NCBI GenBank assembly: GCA_963698035.1
Contig: OY969114.1
Location: forward strand, 60,001 to 92,000
Direction: 5' to 3'
DNA from: Candidatus Saccharimonadota bacterium
GTDB taxonomy: Archaea > Micrarchaeota > Micrarchaeia > Micrarchaeales > Micrarchaeaceae
DNA: 32,000 bases
In this document: in pieces, positions 9,328 to 17,685 of the stretch
Layout: each line of letters starts with the position of its first letter
Numbering within the stretch: position 1 is the stretch's first letter
Notes under the pieces: model-generated
Seen by the model: the letters and a program-made list of their open reading frames with translations, nothing else
The model's database searches: none
What the model was told of the DNA's origin: nothing
Made by a program: the position numbers and the translations under genes

Positions 9328-9711
9328 TCACTCCATTATCTCCTCTATGCCCCTGTTTATCCTCTTGGCGTTCTTCATGGTTATGGTATAGTTCTTCTCG
9401 GTCTTGAACAGCTCCTCAAGCTTCACGAAGAACCATCCTTCGCCGTTTATTCGCCACGCGACAAAGGTCTTCATGTTGGTGTTCTGCTGCCACTGCACGA
9501 GAAACTGGTATTTCTCCGGATCTATCGACACGCTTGTGCTCTTCCACGCCTTGCATTCAAAGGCGAGTCCCTTGCCCGTCCTTATCGCCACAAGGTCGGG
9601 GCTTATCGAATTCACCCCGCTGCCCGCAGACCTCACAACGGAGTATCCATTGTTGTGAAGCATGCCTAGGAGCTCTCTTTCACACCTGGCGCCCTTTGAG
9701 TATCTGGTCAA
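9328..9711 (-). CDS. hjc: Holliday junction resolvase Hjc, 127 aa
   Basis: Hjc pattern: SKGARCERELLGMLHNNGYSVVRSAGSG...SPDLVA...AFECKAW (E-x-PD-x-ExK nuclease core). Confidence 0.85.
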   Translation of the reverse strand: MTRYSKGARCERELLGMLHNNGYSVVRSAGSGVNSISPDLVAIRTGKGLAFECKAWKSTSVSIDPEKYQFLVQWQQNTNMKTFVAWRINGEGWFFVKLEELFKTEKNYTITMKNAKRINRGIEEIME

Positions 9712-9754
9712 GATACCACACTATCTTATGCAGGTAAAGGAATATAATCTTGAC

Positions 9755-10657
9755 CTATATCACCACTTCCTCTCCCGGCACCCTCCTGAACATCTGGACG
9801 TCTCCTACATGGTCGGCCCGTGTGAGGAACCTTATGAGGCGTTCAATGCCAAACCCCGCTCCTGCCGTGGGTACAAAGCCCTTCTCCGCCTCCTTTAAGT
9901 ATGCCCTGTATATCTCCATATCGAGCTTGTCACTTCCCATCCTGGATTTTATCCTCTCGAAGTCGTATTCCCGCTCTGCTCCGGAGAGCGCCTCTCCGAA
10001 TCCCATCGGGTATATCAAATCGTAGTTGAGGTAGTGGCCTGGTTCCTTCTCATCCTCCTTGTCGTAGAACTCCCTCTTGTGGCAGAGGGCCCAGAACGGC
10101 TGATCGTGATCTCTCGATGCGGCGAGCTCCCAGTCCTCACCGTACTTCTCGGCAAGCTGGTGCGTGGTGTAGATCTTGAAGGGAGCCTTGAAGGCGAACG
10201 GCTCCACGCCTGCCAGGGCGAGGGACTCGCTTCTTTTCATCTGCCCAGATAAATAGATGAAATATCTCTCCACAAACTTCATGACGTCCTCCTTCCCTGC
10301 GAAGGGCATCTCGAAGTCCGCCTGCGTGAACTCGAATAGGTGCTTCTTCGACAAGCCTCTGTCTGCCCTCTCGAGCCTGACGTTTGGTGATAGTATCCAT
10401 ATCTTCTTGCCGAGCCTTTTCACCGCAACCTGCTTGTGCAGTATCATCGAGTTCATCAGGCGCAGCTTCATTCCCAGGTAGTCAACCTCTGCGGTCTTTA
10501 TCACGGAAGATCCCGGATCTGGCCCCAGAGGGTCAGTGCTCTTGCTGAGCATTACCGGCAAGAGCTGGATGACGTGATCCGCATGAAAGAAATCTACAGT
10601 TGCGTGTATGACGTCGCTGCCCACCTGGGCCACGGCAATTATATCCATTTTGTCCAT
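9755..10657 (-). CDS. Class II aaRS-like catalytic-core protein, most likely archaeal AsnA-type asparagine synthetase (AsnRS/AspRS paralog without an anticodon-binding domain), ~300 aa
   Basis: Class II motifs are present: FEFTQADFEM (motif 2 region) and GAGFGIERLIRFL (motif 3). At ~300 aa it is core-only. I place the start at ATG 10657 (MDKMD...), because the track's upstream extension to 10765 runs through the AT-rich divergent promoter. Confidence 0.65.
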   Translation of the reverse strand: MDKMDIIAVAQVGSDVIHATVDFFHADHVIQLLPVMLSKSTDPLGPDPGSSVIKTAEVDYLGMKLRLMNSMILHKQVAVKRLGKKIWILSPNVRLERADRGLSKKHLFEFTQADFEMPFAGKEDVMKFVERYFIYLSGQMKRSESLALAGVEPFAFKAPFKIYTTHQLAEKYGEDWELAASRDHDQPFWALCHKREFYDKEDEKEPGHYLNYDLIYPMGFGEALSGAEREYDFERIKSRMGSDKLDMEIYRAYLKEAEKGFVPTAGAGFGIERLIRFLTRADHVGDVQMFRRVPGEEVVI

Positions 10658-10706
10658 AGTATCAGTATATATTGTTGCTATGGGACTATATAATGATTCC
10701 TCCAAT

Positions 10707-10763
10707 AAATACGTAGAAAATACACAAAAAATACATATATTTATATATACGTGTATAAAATAC
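10707..10763. promoter_or_regulatory. Phased AAATAC repeats in the divergent promoter between the AsnA-like and Lrp/AsnC genes
   Basis: AAATAC lies at 10707-10712, 10718-10723 and 10729-10734, exactly 11 bp apart, with a fourth copy at 10758-10763. They are embedded in TATA-like sequence (tatatttatatata). Confidence 0.5.
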
Positions 10764-10767
10764 AATA

Positions 10768-11199
10768 ATGGACAGCTTTGACGAGGGACTGATAGACCTT
10801 GTAGACAGCGGGACGATAAGGTATTCTGCGCTTGCGAAGAGAGCGAACGCGCCGCTGTCGACAGTCCACATGCGCATGAAGAAGCTTGAGAAGAGTGGGG
10901 TGATAAGGCACTATAAGGGTGACATAGACTGGAAAAAGGCCGGGTTCCAGATGGAGGCTTTCATACTTATAAACATCGACGTCAACCTACTCCAGAACCT
11001 GAAAAAGAGCCAGGAGAAGCTGCTGAAGGAGCTGCTGAGCCTCGAATATGTCAAGGAGGGCTACCTCATAACCGGCGAGGCCGACATCCTCGTCAGGGTG
11101 ATAGCAAAGGATTCCGCGCACCTGAAAGAGATACTCCTAAACCACATAGACTCGATATATGGGGTCGTTCGCACAAAGACCTTGGTGGTGCTAGGCTAG
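10768..11199 (+). CDS. Lrp/AsnC-family transcriptional regulator, 143 aa
   Basis: N-terminal HTH (YSALAKRANAPLSTVHMRMKKLEKSGVIRHY). C-terminal RAM/AsnC-type ligand-binding domain (AFILINID...ITGEADILVRVIAKD...TKTLVVL). Confidence 0.85.
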   Translation: MDSFDEGLIDLVDSGTIRYSALAKRANAPLSTVHMRMKKLEKSGVIRHYKGDIDWKKAGFQMEAFILINIDVNLLQNLKKSQEKLLKELLSLEYVKEGYLITGEADILVRVIAKDSAHLKEILLNHIDSIYGVVRTKTLVVLG

Positions 11200-11271
11200 G
11201 GTCGCCTGGCGCTCTGTGTATCTGGTTAAGATACTATATTGGTATTTTTCGATAAGTAATGTTGTATATTA

Positions 11272-12840
11272 TTACAAAGCATTTGTGAGTGAGCGCTGCT
11301 TGTCCATGCCCGGGAACCCGAGGAGCGCTTTTGCGTTCAACAGCAGCTCCTGCATCCTTCTCTCCTTCATCCTTGATATCATCAGGTATATCTCGTCCTT
11401 TGTGTCCCTGGTTACAAGCATGTATATCTCTCCGACCTTTATCCTTCCGGCCCTGCCCCTTCGCTGTATGTTCCTTATCTCATTCGGTATCGGCTCGTAG
11501 AATATCACCGCATCCACAGCCGGTATGTCCAGCCCCTCCTCGCCTATCGAGGTCGCCACCAGGACCTTGAAGTCGCCCTTCCTGAAGCTTTCTATAGTCT
11601 GCTTCTGGTCAAACTGCGTAATTCCCTCCTTCTTGCCGACGAACGCCCTTGCGTCAGTCCCGTAATCGGCAAGAAGCTCGACTATCTTCTTTATTGTGGA
11701 GCGGTACTGTGCGAAGACCATTACGGTCTTGCCCTTGAGCGCGGTGTTGAGCAGGTCTATTATCTTGAATATTTTGGGATGCTCGATTCCGTCGGCGAGC
11801 GCGTACTTTGCGCTCGCGAACGCGTTTATCACCGTGCTGTTGTTGAGTATGCTCTGCAGGGACCTGCTTTTCTTCTCCCTCGACTTCAGCGAGTCTATGT
11901 AGCTCACGAAGGGGTAGAAGCCTTCAGTGCTGAGCAGGTCATAAGCGTGCGACAGGTTGAGTAGATAGACGTAATGGTACATCGCCATGTACTTGTAGTT
12001 AGAGGTCTGCAGCCTGTCTATGCTTGTGCCTATCTGGATTATCCTGCCCTTGGGCATGTTGTCGTAACTCTTGAAGGGGCTGAGCCCGTACTGGTATAGC
12101 TTGCCCAGGTGCTCGTCTATCAGGTTTTTAAATGACGAGAGTATACCCTCCATCGCCTTGTTCTTCTCCACATAGATCACATGGGTCAACTTGTCCATGA
12201 CGAAGGACATCACATCTGAGTCGGAAGAGATTCTTACCTCTATGTTTTCTATGCCCAGGGTCGAGACAAGGGCGTTTATCCTCTTCTTGTTGCTGCCCGG
12301 CGATGCTGTGAGGCCTATCAGCTGCACCCCGCGCAGCTTACATTCATCCGCTATGTAGGTGTAGGCGTACCTGCCCACGGCACGGTGACACTCGTCAAAT
12401 ACCACCATGCCGAAATCCTCGAGCGAGAGCCTCTCGCGCTTGAGGTCGTTGGCTATTGTCTGCGGCGTTGCCACGATGACCTTGGCCTCCTTCTCTAGCG
12501 CAGCCCTTCTGCTGCCGCTTGTGTTCCCGGTCATGAGGAGTATCAGCCGCTTGTCGATGTCCAGCAGCCTTATAAGCGACTCGTAGTGCTGCTCGCTGAG
12601 CGGCTTTGTTGGCGCGAGTATTATCGCCCTCTTCCCCTTTGAGAGCGCGCCCGCTATCGCTATTATTGCTATCAGGGTCTTCCCAAGGCCGGTTGGCAGC
12701 ACCACAAGGCTGTTGTATCCGCCGAGCAGGCTCTTGGCGATGTTTATCTGGTATGCCCTTGGCTCGAGCAGCTCCGTCCTGATCAGCTTGGCTGGCTCGC
12801 CAAGCTCCTCCCACGCTGACATGTTGAATCCTATATACAA
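11272..12840 (-). CDS. Hef/FANCM-family SF2 helicase (helicase portion only, no ERCC4 nuclease domain), 522 aa
   Basis: PRAYQINIAKS...VLPTGLGKT (motif I), DECH (motif II), TASPG (motif III), then an inserted helical domain. C-terminal motifs follow: VLVATSIGEEGLDIP and QRRGRAGR. The start may be Met7 (12822). Confidence 0.8.
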   Translation of the reverse strand: MYIGFNMSAWEELGEPAKLIRTELLEPRAYQINIAKSLLGGYNSLVVLPTGLGKTLIAIIAIAGALSKGKRAIILAPTKPLSEQHYESLIRLLDIDKRLILLMTGNTSGSRRAALEKEAKVIVATPQTIANDLKRERLSLEDFGMVVFDECHRAVGRYAYTYIADECKLRGVQLIGLTASPGSNKKRINALVSTLGIENIEVRISSDSDVMSFVMDKLTHVIYVEKNKAMEGILSSFKNLIDEHLGKLYQYGLSPFKSYDNMPKGRIIQIGTSIDRLQTSNYKYMAMYHYVYLLNLSHAYDLLSTEGFYPFVSYIDSLKSREKKSRSLQSILNNSTVINAFASAKYALADGIEHPKIFKIIDLLNTALKGKTVMVFAQYRSTIKKIVELLADYGTDARAFVGKKEGITQFDQKQTIESFRKGDFKVLVATSIGEEGLDIPAVDAVIFYEPIPNEIRNIQRRGRAGRIKVGEIYMLVTRDTKDEIYLMISRMKERRMQELLLNAKALLGFPGMDKQRSLTNAL

Positions 12841-12890
12841 AAAGCGCAGATGTATAAATAGTTTGCCTGCCTAATAGGTGTGGTGAGAAG

Positions 12891-13232
12891 ATGATAGACT
12901 CGATAATCGACACTGCAGTTATGGTGTCGAATGGAAGAAGGGCCATGAAGTGGTACAAGGAAAAGCTCGGGATGCAGGTAGAGCGGGAGAAGGAGGGGCA
13001 CTGGATAACCGCACGGCCAAGGGGATCGAAGAGCGCGCTCCACCTATGCGAGGGAAAGCTCGAAAGAGGCAACACGGGGATTGGTCTCGGGACAAAGGAC
13101 CTCGACGCCACCTTCAAGAGGCTTAAGGCAAGGGGCGTAAAGTTCACGGTTGAGCCGCGAGATGATGGATGGGGGCAATACGCGATGTTCAAGGATCTCG
13201 ACGGCAACGTATTCTGGCTCCTGCCGCGGTAG
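12891..13232 (+). CDS. VOC/glyoxalase-family protein, 113 aa
   Basis: Single betaalphabetabetabeta module pattern: V.N...A.KWY.EKLG, then GIGLGTKDLDATFKRLKARGVKF...DDGWGQYAMFKDLDGNVFWL. Confidence 0.75.
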   Translation: MIDSIIDTAVMVSNGRRAMKWYKEKLGMQVEREKEGHWITARPRGSKSALHLCEGKLERGNTGIGLGTKDLDATFKRLKARGVKFTVEPRDDGWGQYAMFKDLDGNVFWLLPR

Positions 13233-13279
13233 TCTGTTCGGGAAAGTATTTTAAAGCATCTCGGAAGAATAGATGCTGC

Positions 13280-13351
13280 GCCGCAATAGCTCAGTGGGAG
13301 AGCGTCCGGCTGAAGACCGGAATGTCGCAGGTTCAAATCCTGCTTGCGGCA
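13280..13351 (+). tRNA. tRNA-Phe (anticodon GAA), no encoded CCA
   Basis: Complete cloverleaf by hand. Acceptor GCCGCAA/TTGCGGC, D stem GCTC/GAGC, anticodon stem TCCGG/CCGGA with loop CTGAAGA. T arm GCAGG-TTCAAAT-CCTGC, discriminator A. Confidence 0.9.
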
Positions 13352-13420
13352 CACTCATTTTACGCTGGAAAAGACCCAACAAACATATAAATATCTAAAA
13401 GTTCTAAGTCAGGATTAGGA

Positions 13421-13777
13421 TTGGGTGATTTAATCGGAAAGGAAAGACAATCGGGGACTCTTGGAGAATCCAATTTCAGGAGAGTTCTAGAGGACTTCGA
13501 GTGCAGGTTCTGCGGCGAGAGCGTGAAAGGCAGTGGCTACACTAACCATTGCCCAAAGTGCCTCTGGAGCAGCCATGTGGATGTGAATCCCGGAGACAGG
13601 GCATCGGGGTGCAACGGCCTGATGATGCCTAGCGCCGCGGTGTATGAGAGGGGCGACAACTTCACAATAGTCCACAAGTGCCTTAAGTGCGGGGTGACAA
13701 AGAAGGTAAAGGCCGCGCCGAAGGACAATAGGCGTCTTCTCGCTGCGTTGCAGAAGCCGGGACCACTAGTGGTATAG
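13421..13777 (+). CDS. RNHCP-domain zinc-binding protein, ~118 aa (TTG start as given by the track; true start uncertain)
   Basis: Motifs match the RNHCP domain: FECRFCGE...GYTNHCPKCLWSSHVDVNPGDRASGCNGLM...HKCLKCG. Confidence 0.7.
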   Translation: MGDLIGKERQSGTLGESNFRRVLEDFECRFCGESVKGSGYTNHCPKCLWSSHVDVNPGDRASGCNGLMMPSAAVYERGDNFTIVHKCLKCGVTKKVKAAPKDNRRLLAALQKPGPLVV

Positions 13778-13824
13778 GGGAATAACTAACTCTTTTATAC
13801 CGTTCTGTCTAATTATAGCCTTGT

Positions 13825-13900
13825 GCGATTGTAGTCTAGCCTGGTAGGACATTGCCTTGCCAAGGCAGTAACCCGGGTTCAAATCCCGGCAATCGCACCA
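13825..13900 (+). tRNA. tRNA-Gly (anticodon GCC) with encoded CCA
   Basis: Acceptor GCGATTG/CAATCGC, D stem GTCT/GGAC, anticodon stem TTGCC/GGCAG with loop TTGCCAA. T arm CCGGG-TTCAAAT-CCCGG, discriminator A, then CCA (13898-13900). Confidence 0.9.
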
Positions 13901-13926
13901 TTGAGCAAAAGGATAAAAGCTTAAAC

Positions 13927-15231
13927 ATGCATAATATAGTTATGAAATTCAGAGAGTTTCTTTCTAAACTAGATTCTGAAGGATCGCTAACAAGGATAAA
14001 AAAGAATGTAAGCACAAAATATGAGATTCCGGCTTTCCTTAAAAAGTACGAAGGCAAACCCATCGTCTTTGAGAGCGTGGAGGGCAGTTCTGTTCCTGTG
14101 GCCGGCAACCTTCTTAGCAGCATGGACCTCCTCTGCAAGAGCATCGGGATAAAAAAAGAGGAGTGGATAGAGAAACTGAATTTTGCGATGAAGAATCCTG
14201 GAGCGGTAAAGGAAGGCAGCGGCGAATTTGAATATTTTGAGCCAGACCTTGACCTCGTTCCTATACTGACGCATTACCCGAAGGACCAAGGCGCTTATAT
14301 CACTTCTGGTGTTGTGTTCGCCCAAAGGGGGAACCTTAGGAATATGTCTTTCCACAGGCTTTCTAGGATAGGCAAGGACAGGTTTGTTGGCAGGCTGGTG
14401 GAAAAGCGCGACCTACATACAATGTATCTTGATGCAAGGGATCACGGCGAGGACCTTGACGTTTCGATTGCGATAGGCAATAGTTCTGGCGTGCTTGTTG
14501 CCGGTGCAACAAGTGTGGAAAGGGGGTTCTATGAACTGGGCATTGCCGCTGCATTGGAGAACGGGATAGAAGTTACAAAGGCAAAAACAAATGGTACAAG
14601 CTATCCCACAGACACCGAGATAGTGCTCGAGGGGAAGATACTTCATGATGAGACCGCAAAGGAGGGGCCTTTTGTAGATCTGACCAACACCTATGATGTG
14701 GTAAGGGAGCAGCCGGTGTTTGTCATAGACAAAATAGTTATGAGGAGAAATGCGGTCTACCATGCTCTGCTTCCTGCAGGCAACGAACACAAGATTCTTA
14801 TGGGCGCGCCGAGGACTCCCACTATTTACAAAGCCCTAAAAGAGGCGGGCATCGATGTCAAAAACGTCTATCTTACAGAGGGGGGCAGCGGCTGGCTTGA
14901 CGCCGTTATCGCGATAAAAAAGAAAAGCGACAAAGATTCGGGGGTCGCAATAGATGCTGCGATAATTGGCCATAAAAGCCTGAAGAAGATCACAATTGTC
15001 GACAGCGATGTAGATGTCACAAATCCGAACGAAGTCAATTATGCTATAACGATGTACTGGGAAGCAGGAAAGGAGGCTGTAATGAAGGGCGTGAAGGGGT
15101 CGAGCCTTGATCCTATGGCCACCCCAGATGGCATCGGGAGCAAGCTAGCTATAGATGCGACAAAACCCCTTATCGTGCCTGCAGAAAAAGAGCTGAAAAT
15201 GATGAAGGCAGAGTTAGCGTTTGATGTATGA
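13927..15231 (+). CDS. UbiD-family (prenylated-FMN dependent) decarboxylase; candidate anhydromevalonate phosphate decarboxylase, ~434 aa
   Basis: UbiD-like throughout: MKFREFLSKLDSEGSLTRIKKNVSTKYEIPAF..., GAYITSGVVF, RNMSFHRL, GPFVDLT, C-terminal domain. The start is moved to ATG 13927 (or 13942) because the track ORF begins inside tRNA-Gly. Confidence 0.8.
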   Translation: MHNIVMKFREFLSKLDSEGSLTRIKKNVSTKYEIPAFLKKYEGKPIVFESVEGSSVPVAGNLLSSMDLLCKSIGIKKEEWIEKLNFAMKNPGAVKEGSGEFEYFEPDLDLVPILTHYPKDQGAYITSGVVFAQRGNLRNMSFHRLSRIGKDRFVGRLVEKRDLHTMYLDARDHGEDLDVSIAIGNSSGVLVAGATSVERGFYELGIAAALENGIEVTKAKTNGTSYPTDTEIVLEGKILHDETAKEGPFVDLTNTYDVVREQPVFVIDKIVMRRNAVYHALLPAGNEHKILMGAPRTPTIYKALKEAGIDVKNVYLTEGGSGWLDAVIAIKKKSDKDSGVAIDAAIIGHKSLKKITIVDSDVDVTNPNEVNYAITMYWEAGKEAVMKGVKGSSLDPMATPDGIGSKLAIDATKPLIVPAEKELKMMKAELAFDV

Positions 15232-16721
15232 TTGGTGGATTTATGGAGGAACTCAGGACGAAGCAGCAAATATCATGGCTCGACGACGTTGATAAAAACG
15301 GTGTCATAATCAATCCAAACCATGAGCTTTATGGTAAGAGCATCGCAGGCACCGCGCTATACTTCCCTTCAGCGTCGGGTTCCACTGTTGGTTCTGACAG
15401 GATTGTGAATCTTGCGGTCAATGGTTTCGCCCCGAAGAAGATTGTGCTCGAAAAGATCGATCCGATAACAATGTGGGGCGCAATCCTCGGTAAGATTGAG
15501 GTAGAGATAAGCGGAACTGTGAAAAAAGCTGTCGATAGGCGCAAAATCGAAAAGCTCGGTATCGACGCGGAAATAGTCGACTTCTTGGTGAAGGCTGGCG
15601 AACTTCTCGGCACAGACGAATTCATACCGGCGGAGTACGTCCAGATAGCGGGGGTATCATACAAGACAATAACAGAAACAGGGTTGGAGCTGAGAAGATA
15701 TTTTGGAAGCAAGTACAAGTTCAGGTCAAAGAATGTAACTATAAACCCAGCAGGAATGGACATGGAGGATTGGAAAGAACACGGAATTCCGGAAGAATTT
15801 GCCAAAAAGCAAAAAGAGGTTATCGAAATCTACCTCAAGATGGGCGCAACCCCGACAATAACGTGCACACCCTATCTAATAGGGAGTATGCCTGCACCGT
15901 TTACCGATTCTTTTCTTTCAGAGTCTTCCGTTGTAGGGTTCGCAAACTCCGTTCTGGGTGTAAGGACCAACAGGGAATCGGGATTGAGCACGTTGCTCTA
16001 TGCGATTGCGGGATACGGCCCAAGGTATGGGCTGCACTTTCAGGAAAACAGGAGCCCAAGAGTAGAGATAAATGTAAATTGCGAACTGAAAGGGATCGTA
16101 GACTTCAGCCTCTTGGGATATAAGCTTGGCGAGCTTGTCAAGGGTAGGATACCCTATATCACCGGGATTAAGTCCAGGCCAACACTCGAAGAGTTTAAGG
16201 TTTTGAGCGCCGCTGGTGCGGCATCTGGCTCTATAGATCTGTACCACATAAAAGACATAACCCCAGAGGCAAAATGCAATCTTATAGCACTTGACAAGAT
16301 AGAGGAAAGAATCGAAATCACAAGGGATTCACTCGACGAGGTAAAGAAAAGACTCAATACGGGAAAGGCTGAAGACTTGGATCTGGTCACGTTCGGATGC
16401 CCTCATGCATCGTTGAATGAAGTGAAAGAGATCGCATCTCTGCTCGAGGGGAAGAGGATAAGGGGCGGCGTGAAGCTTTGGGTGTGCACATCGAGAGCAG
16501 TCAAGGACATGTCAAAGAGGCTGGGTTATGTTGGCACCGTGGAAGCTGCTGGCGGTAATGTCGTCGCGGATACCTGCATGGTTGTTGCGCCGATAGAGGA
16601 CATGGGCCACAAGACAACCGCTACAAATTCCGGAAAGGCGGCAAAGTACCTGCCGAGGTTCTGCAAGCAGAACGTGGTCTTCGACTCTGCAGAGGATATA
16701 ATTAGTAAAATTGTAGAATAG
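15228..16721 (+). CDS. Fused aconitase X (AcnX) protein: N-terminal swivel/small-subunit domain (DUF126-like) plus large catalytic domain (DUF521-like); candidate phosphomevalonate dehydratase, 497 aa
   Basis: N-terminal ~95 aa: HELYGKSIAGTALYFPSASGSTVGSDRIVNLAVNGFAPKKIV...WGAILGKIEV (swivel-domain pattern). The large-subunit pattern follows: TCTPYL, ESSVVGFANSVLGVRTNRE, GLHFQENR, FGCPHASLNE, ADTCMVVAP, TNSGKAAKY. The ATG overlaps the UbiD stop (ATGA, 15228-15231). Confidence 0.8.
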   Translation: MIGGFMEELRTKQQISWLDDVDKNGVIINPNHELYGKSIAGTALYFPSASGSTVGSDRIVNLAVNGFAPKKIVLEKIDPITMWGAILGKIEVEISGTVKKAVDRRKIEKLGIDAEIVDFLVKAGELLGTDEFIPAEYVQIAGVSYKTITETGLELRRYFGSKYKFRSKNVTINPAGMDMEDWKEHGIPEEFAKKQKEVIEIYLKMGATPTITCTPYLIGSMPAPFTDSFLSESSVVGFANSVLGVRTNRESGLSTLLYAIAGYGPRYGLHFQENRSPRVEINVNCELKGIVDFSLLGYKLGELVKGRIPYITGIKSRPTLEEFKVLSAAGAASGSIDLYHIKDITPEAKCNLIALDKIEERIEITRDSLDEVKKRLNTGKAEDLDLVTFGCPHASLNEVKEIASLLEGKRIRGGVKLWVCTSRAVKDMSKRLGYVGTVEAAGGNVVADTCMVVAPIEDMGHKTTATNSGKAAKYLPRFCKQNVVFDSAEDIISKIVE

Positions 16722-16827
16722 CGCAACTAACGCATAACATATGAGTATACCGCTATATACAAATCGCAATGTTTACATAAATGTCAATTAACGGCAATCG
16801 CACTTATCAGAGTGACGGTGGTAGAGC

Positions 16828-17358
16828 ATGAATAACATGGAGGTCGAGATAAGAAGCTTCATCACAAAGGAAAAGTACGATGACCTGGTAAAGTTCTTCA
16901 ACAGGAACGGAAAGCTGATGAAGGAGGATGACCAGGAGACGCACTACCTTACCGCAAGGGGAGACCTCAGGATCCAGAAGAACAACTATTTCTCGAAAGT
17001 CTGGTTCAAGACAGGGCGGATGCACGACGAAATCCGAGAGGAGTACGAGATAAAGCTGCCTACACAGCAGTTTGCAGACCTTGAGAGGATATTTTCGCTG
17101 ATGGGGCACAAGGCCAAGGTAAAGTGGTATAGGAAAAGGTTTGAGTACTCCTGGAAGGGCGCAACGGTCTGCTTGGATTACACGCGCGGCTACGGTTACA
17201 TAATGGAGCTTGAGAGAATGTGCTCAAGCGGGGAGAAGGCAAAGGCCCTGAAAGAGCTGAAGTCGCTGATGTCGAAACTGGGGATACGGGCAACACCGAA
17301 ATCTGAATTTGACAGGCGCTACAAGGAGTACGTGAAAAACTGGAAGAAACTGACCTGA
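16828..17358 (+). CDS. CYTH-domain protein (CyaB-like class IV adenylyl cyclase / triphosphatase family), 176 aa
   Basis: N-terminal ExExK-type signature (MEVEIRSF), size and alternating charged beta-strand pattern (RIQKNN, EIREEYEIKL, RFEYSWKG, LDYTRGYGYIMELE). Confidence 0.55.
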   Translation: MNNMEVEIRSFITKEKYDDLVKFFNRNGKLMKEDDQETHYLTARGDLRIQKNNYFSKVWFKTGRMHDEIREEYEIKLPTQQFADLERIFSLMGHKAKVKWYRKRFEYSWKGATVCLDYTRGYGYIMELERMCSSGEKAKALKELKSLMSKLGIRATPKSEFDRRYKEYVKNWKKLT

Positions 17359-17442
17359 TTCTGCGCAGCTACACGCAATCGTTAATCGTCGAACTAGATA
17401 ACGTCATTTAATAAGACTCTCGTTGCTTAGCATTAAGAATAG

Positions 17443-17685
17443 TTGGAAGATGATTGCGTGGCAGCAGAACTTGCACAGAAAGAAGAGACTAGCGTGACTG
17501 TGCCAGGGCACTCCAGACCGACAGAGTGGGACCCTCGGGCTTTGGTTAGGCTCGCGCCCGAAGATCTAACAGAGATCTTCGCTACGTTTAGGAGAGCGAC
17601 AGACGTCTATGCGCCACAGGGCGGATTCCCAGGGTTGCGAATCATAAGGAAAGAGAGCGCCAAGGCAGAAAGTGGTAAGGAGTAA
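17443..17685 (+). CDS. Questionable 80-aa ORF (TTG start) in a 330-nt spacer between convergent genes
   Basis: It is the only ORF of at least 60 aa in the spacer. Codons look host-like, but there is no ATG start, no recognisable domain, and a 9-bp hairpin (17559-17581) lies inside it. Confidence 0.25.
   Translation: MEDDCVAAELAQKEETSVTVPGHSRPTEWDPRALVRLAPEDLTEIFATFRRATDVYAPQGGFPGLRIIRKESAKAESGKE

Noticed and set aside
10658-10765. N-terminal 36-codon extension of the AsnA-like ORF (MYFIHVYINICIFCVF...)
   Set aside because: It runs through the AT-rich divergent promoter up to 2 nt from the Lrp/AsnC start and has Ile/Phe/Tyr-rich junk composition. ATG 10657 (MDKMD) gives the expected ~300-aa core.
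12395-13354. 319-aa minus-strand ORF
   Set aside because: It overlaps the Hef helicase, runs antisense through the VOC gene and covers tRNA-Phe. The sequence is Arg/Ser/Pro-rich with no motifs.
13852-13926. Track start of the UbiD ORF inside tRNA-Gly
   Set aside because: The first 25 codons translate the tRNA-Gly body and its 3' flank. The UbiD-like sequence begins at MHNIVMKFREFL.
17443-17685. Possible SRP RNA or RNase P RNA in the GC-rich spacer
   Set aside because: An 11-nt match to bacterial 4.5S RNA (GCCAAGGCAGA) and some ACAGA(A/G) strings caught my eye. The diagnostic elements are missing on both strands: the GGAA-tetraloop helix 8 context (GGAAGCAGC-like) and the GAGGAAAGTCC P4 strand.
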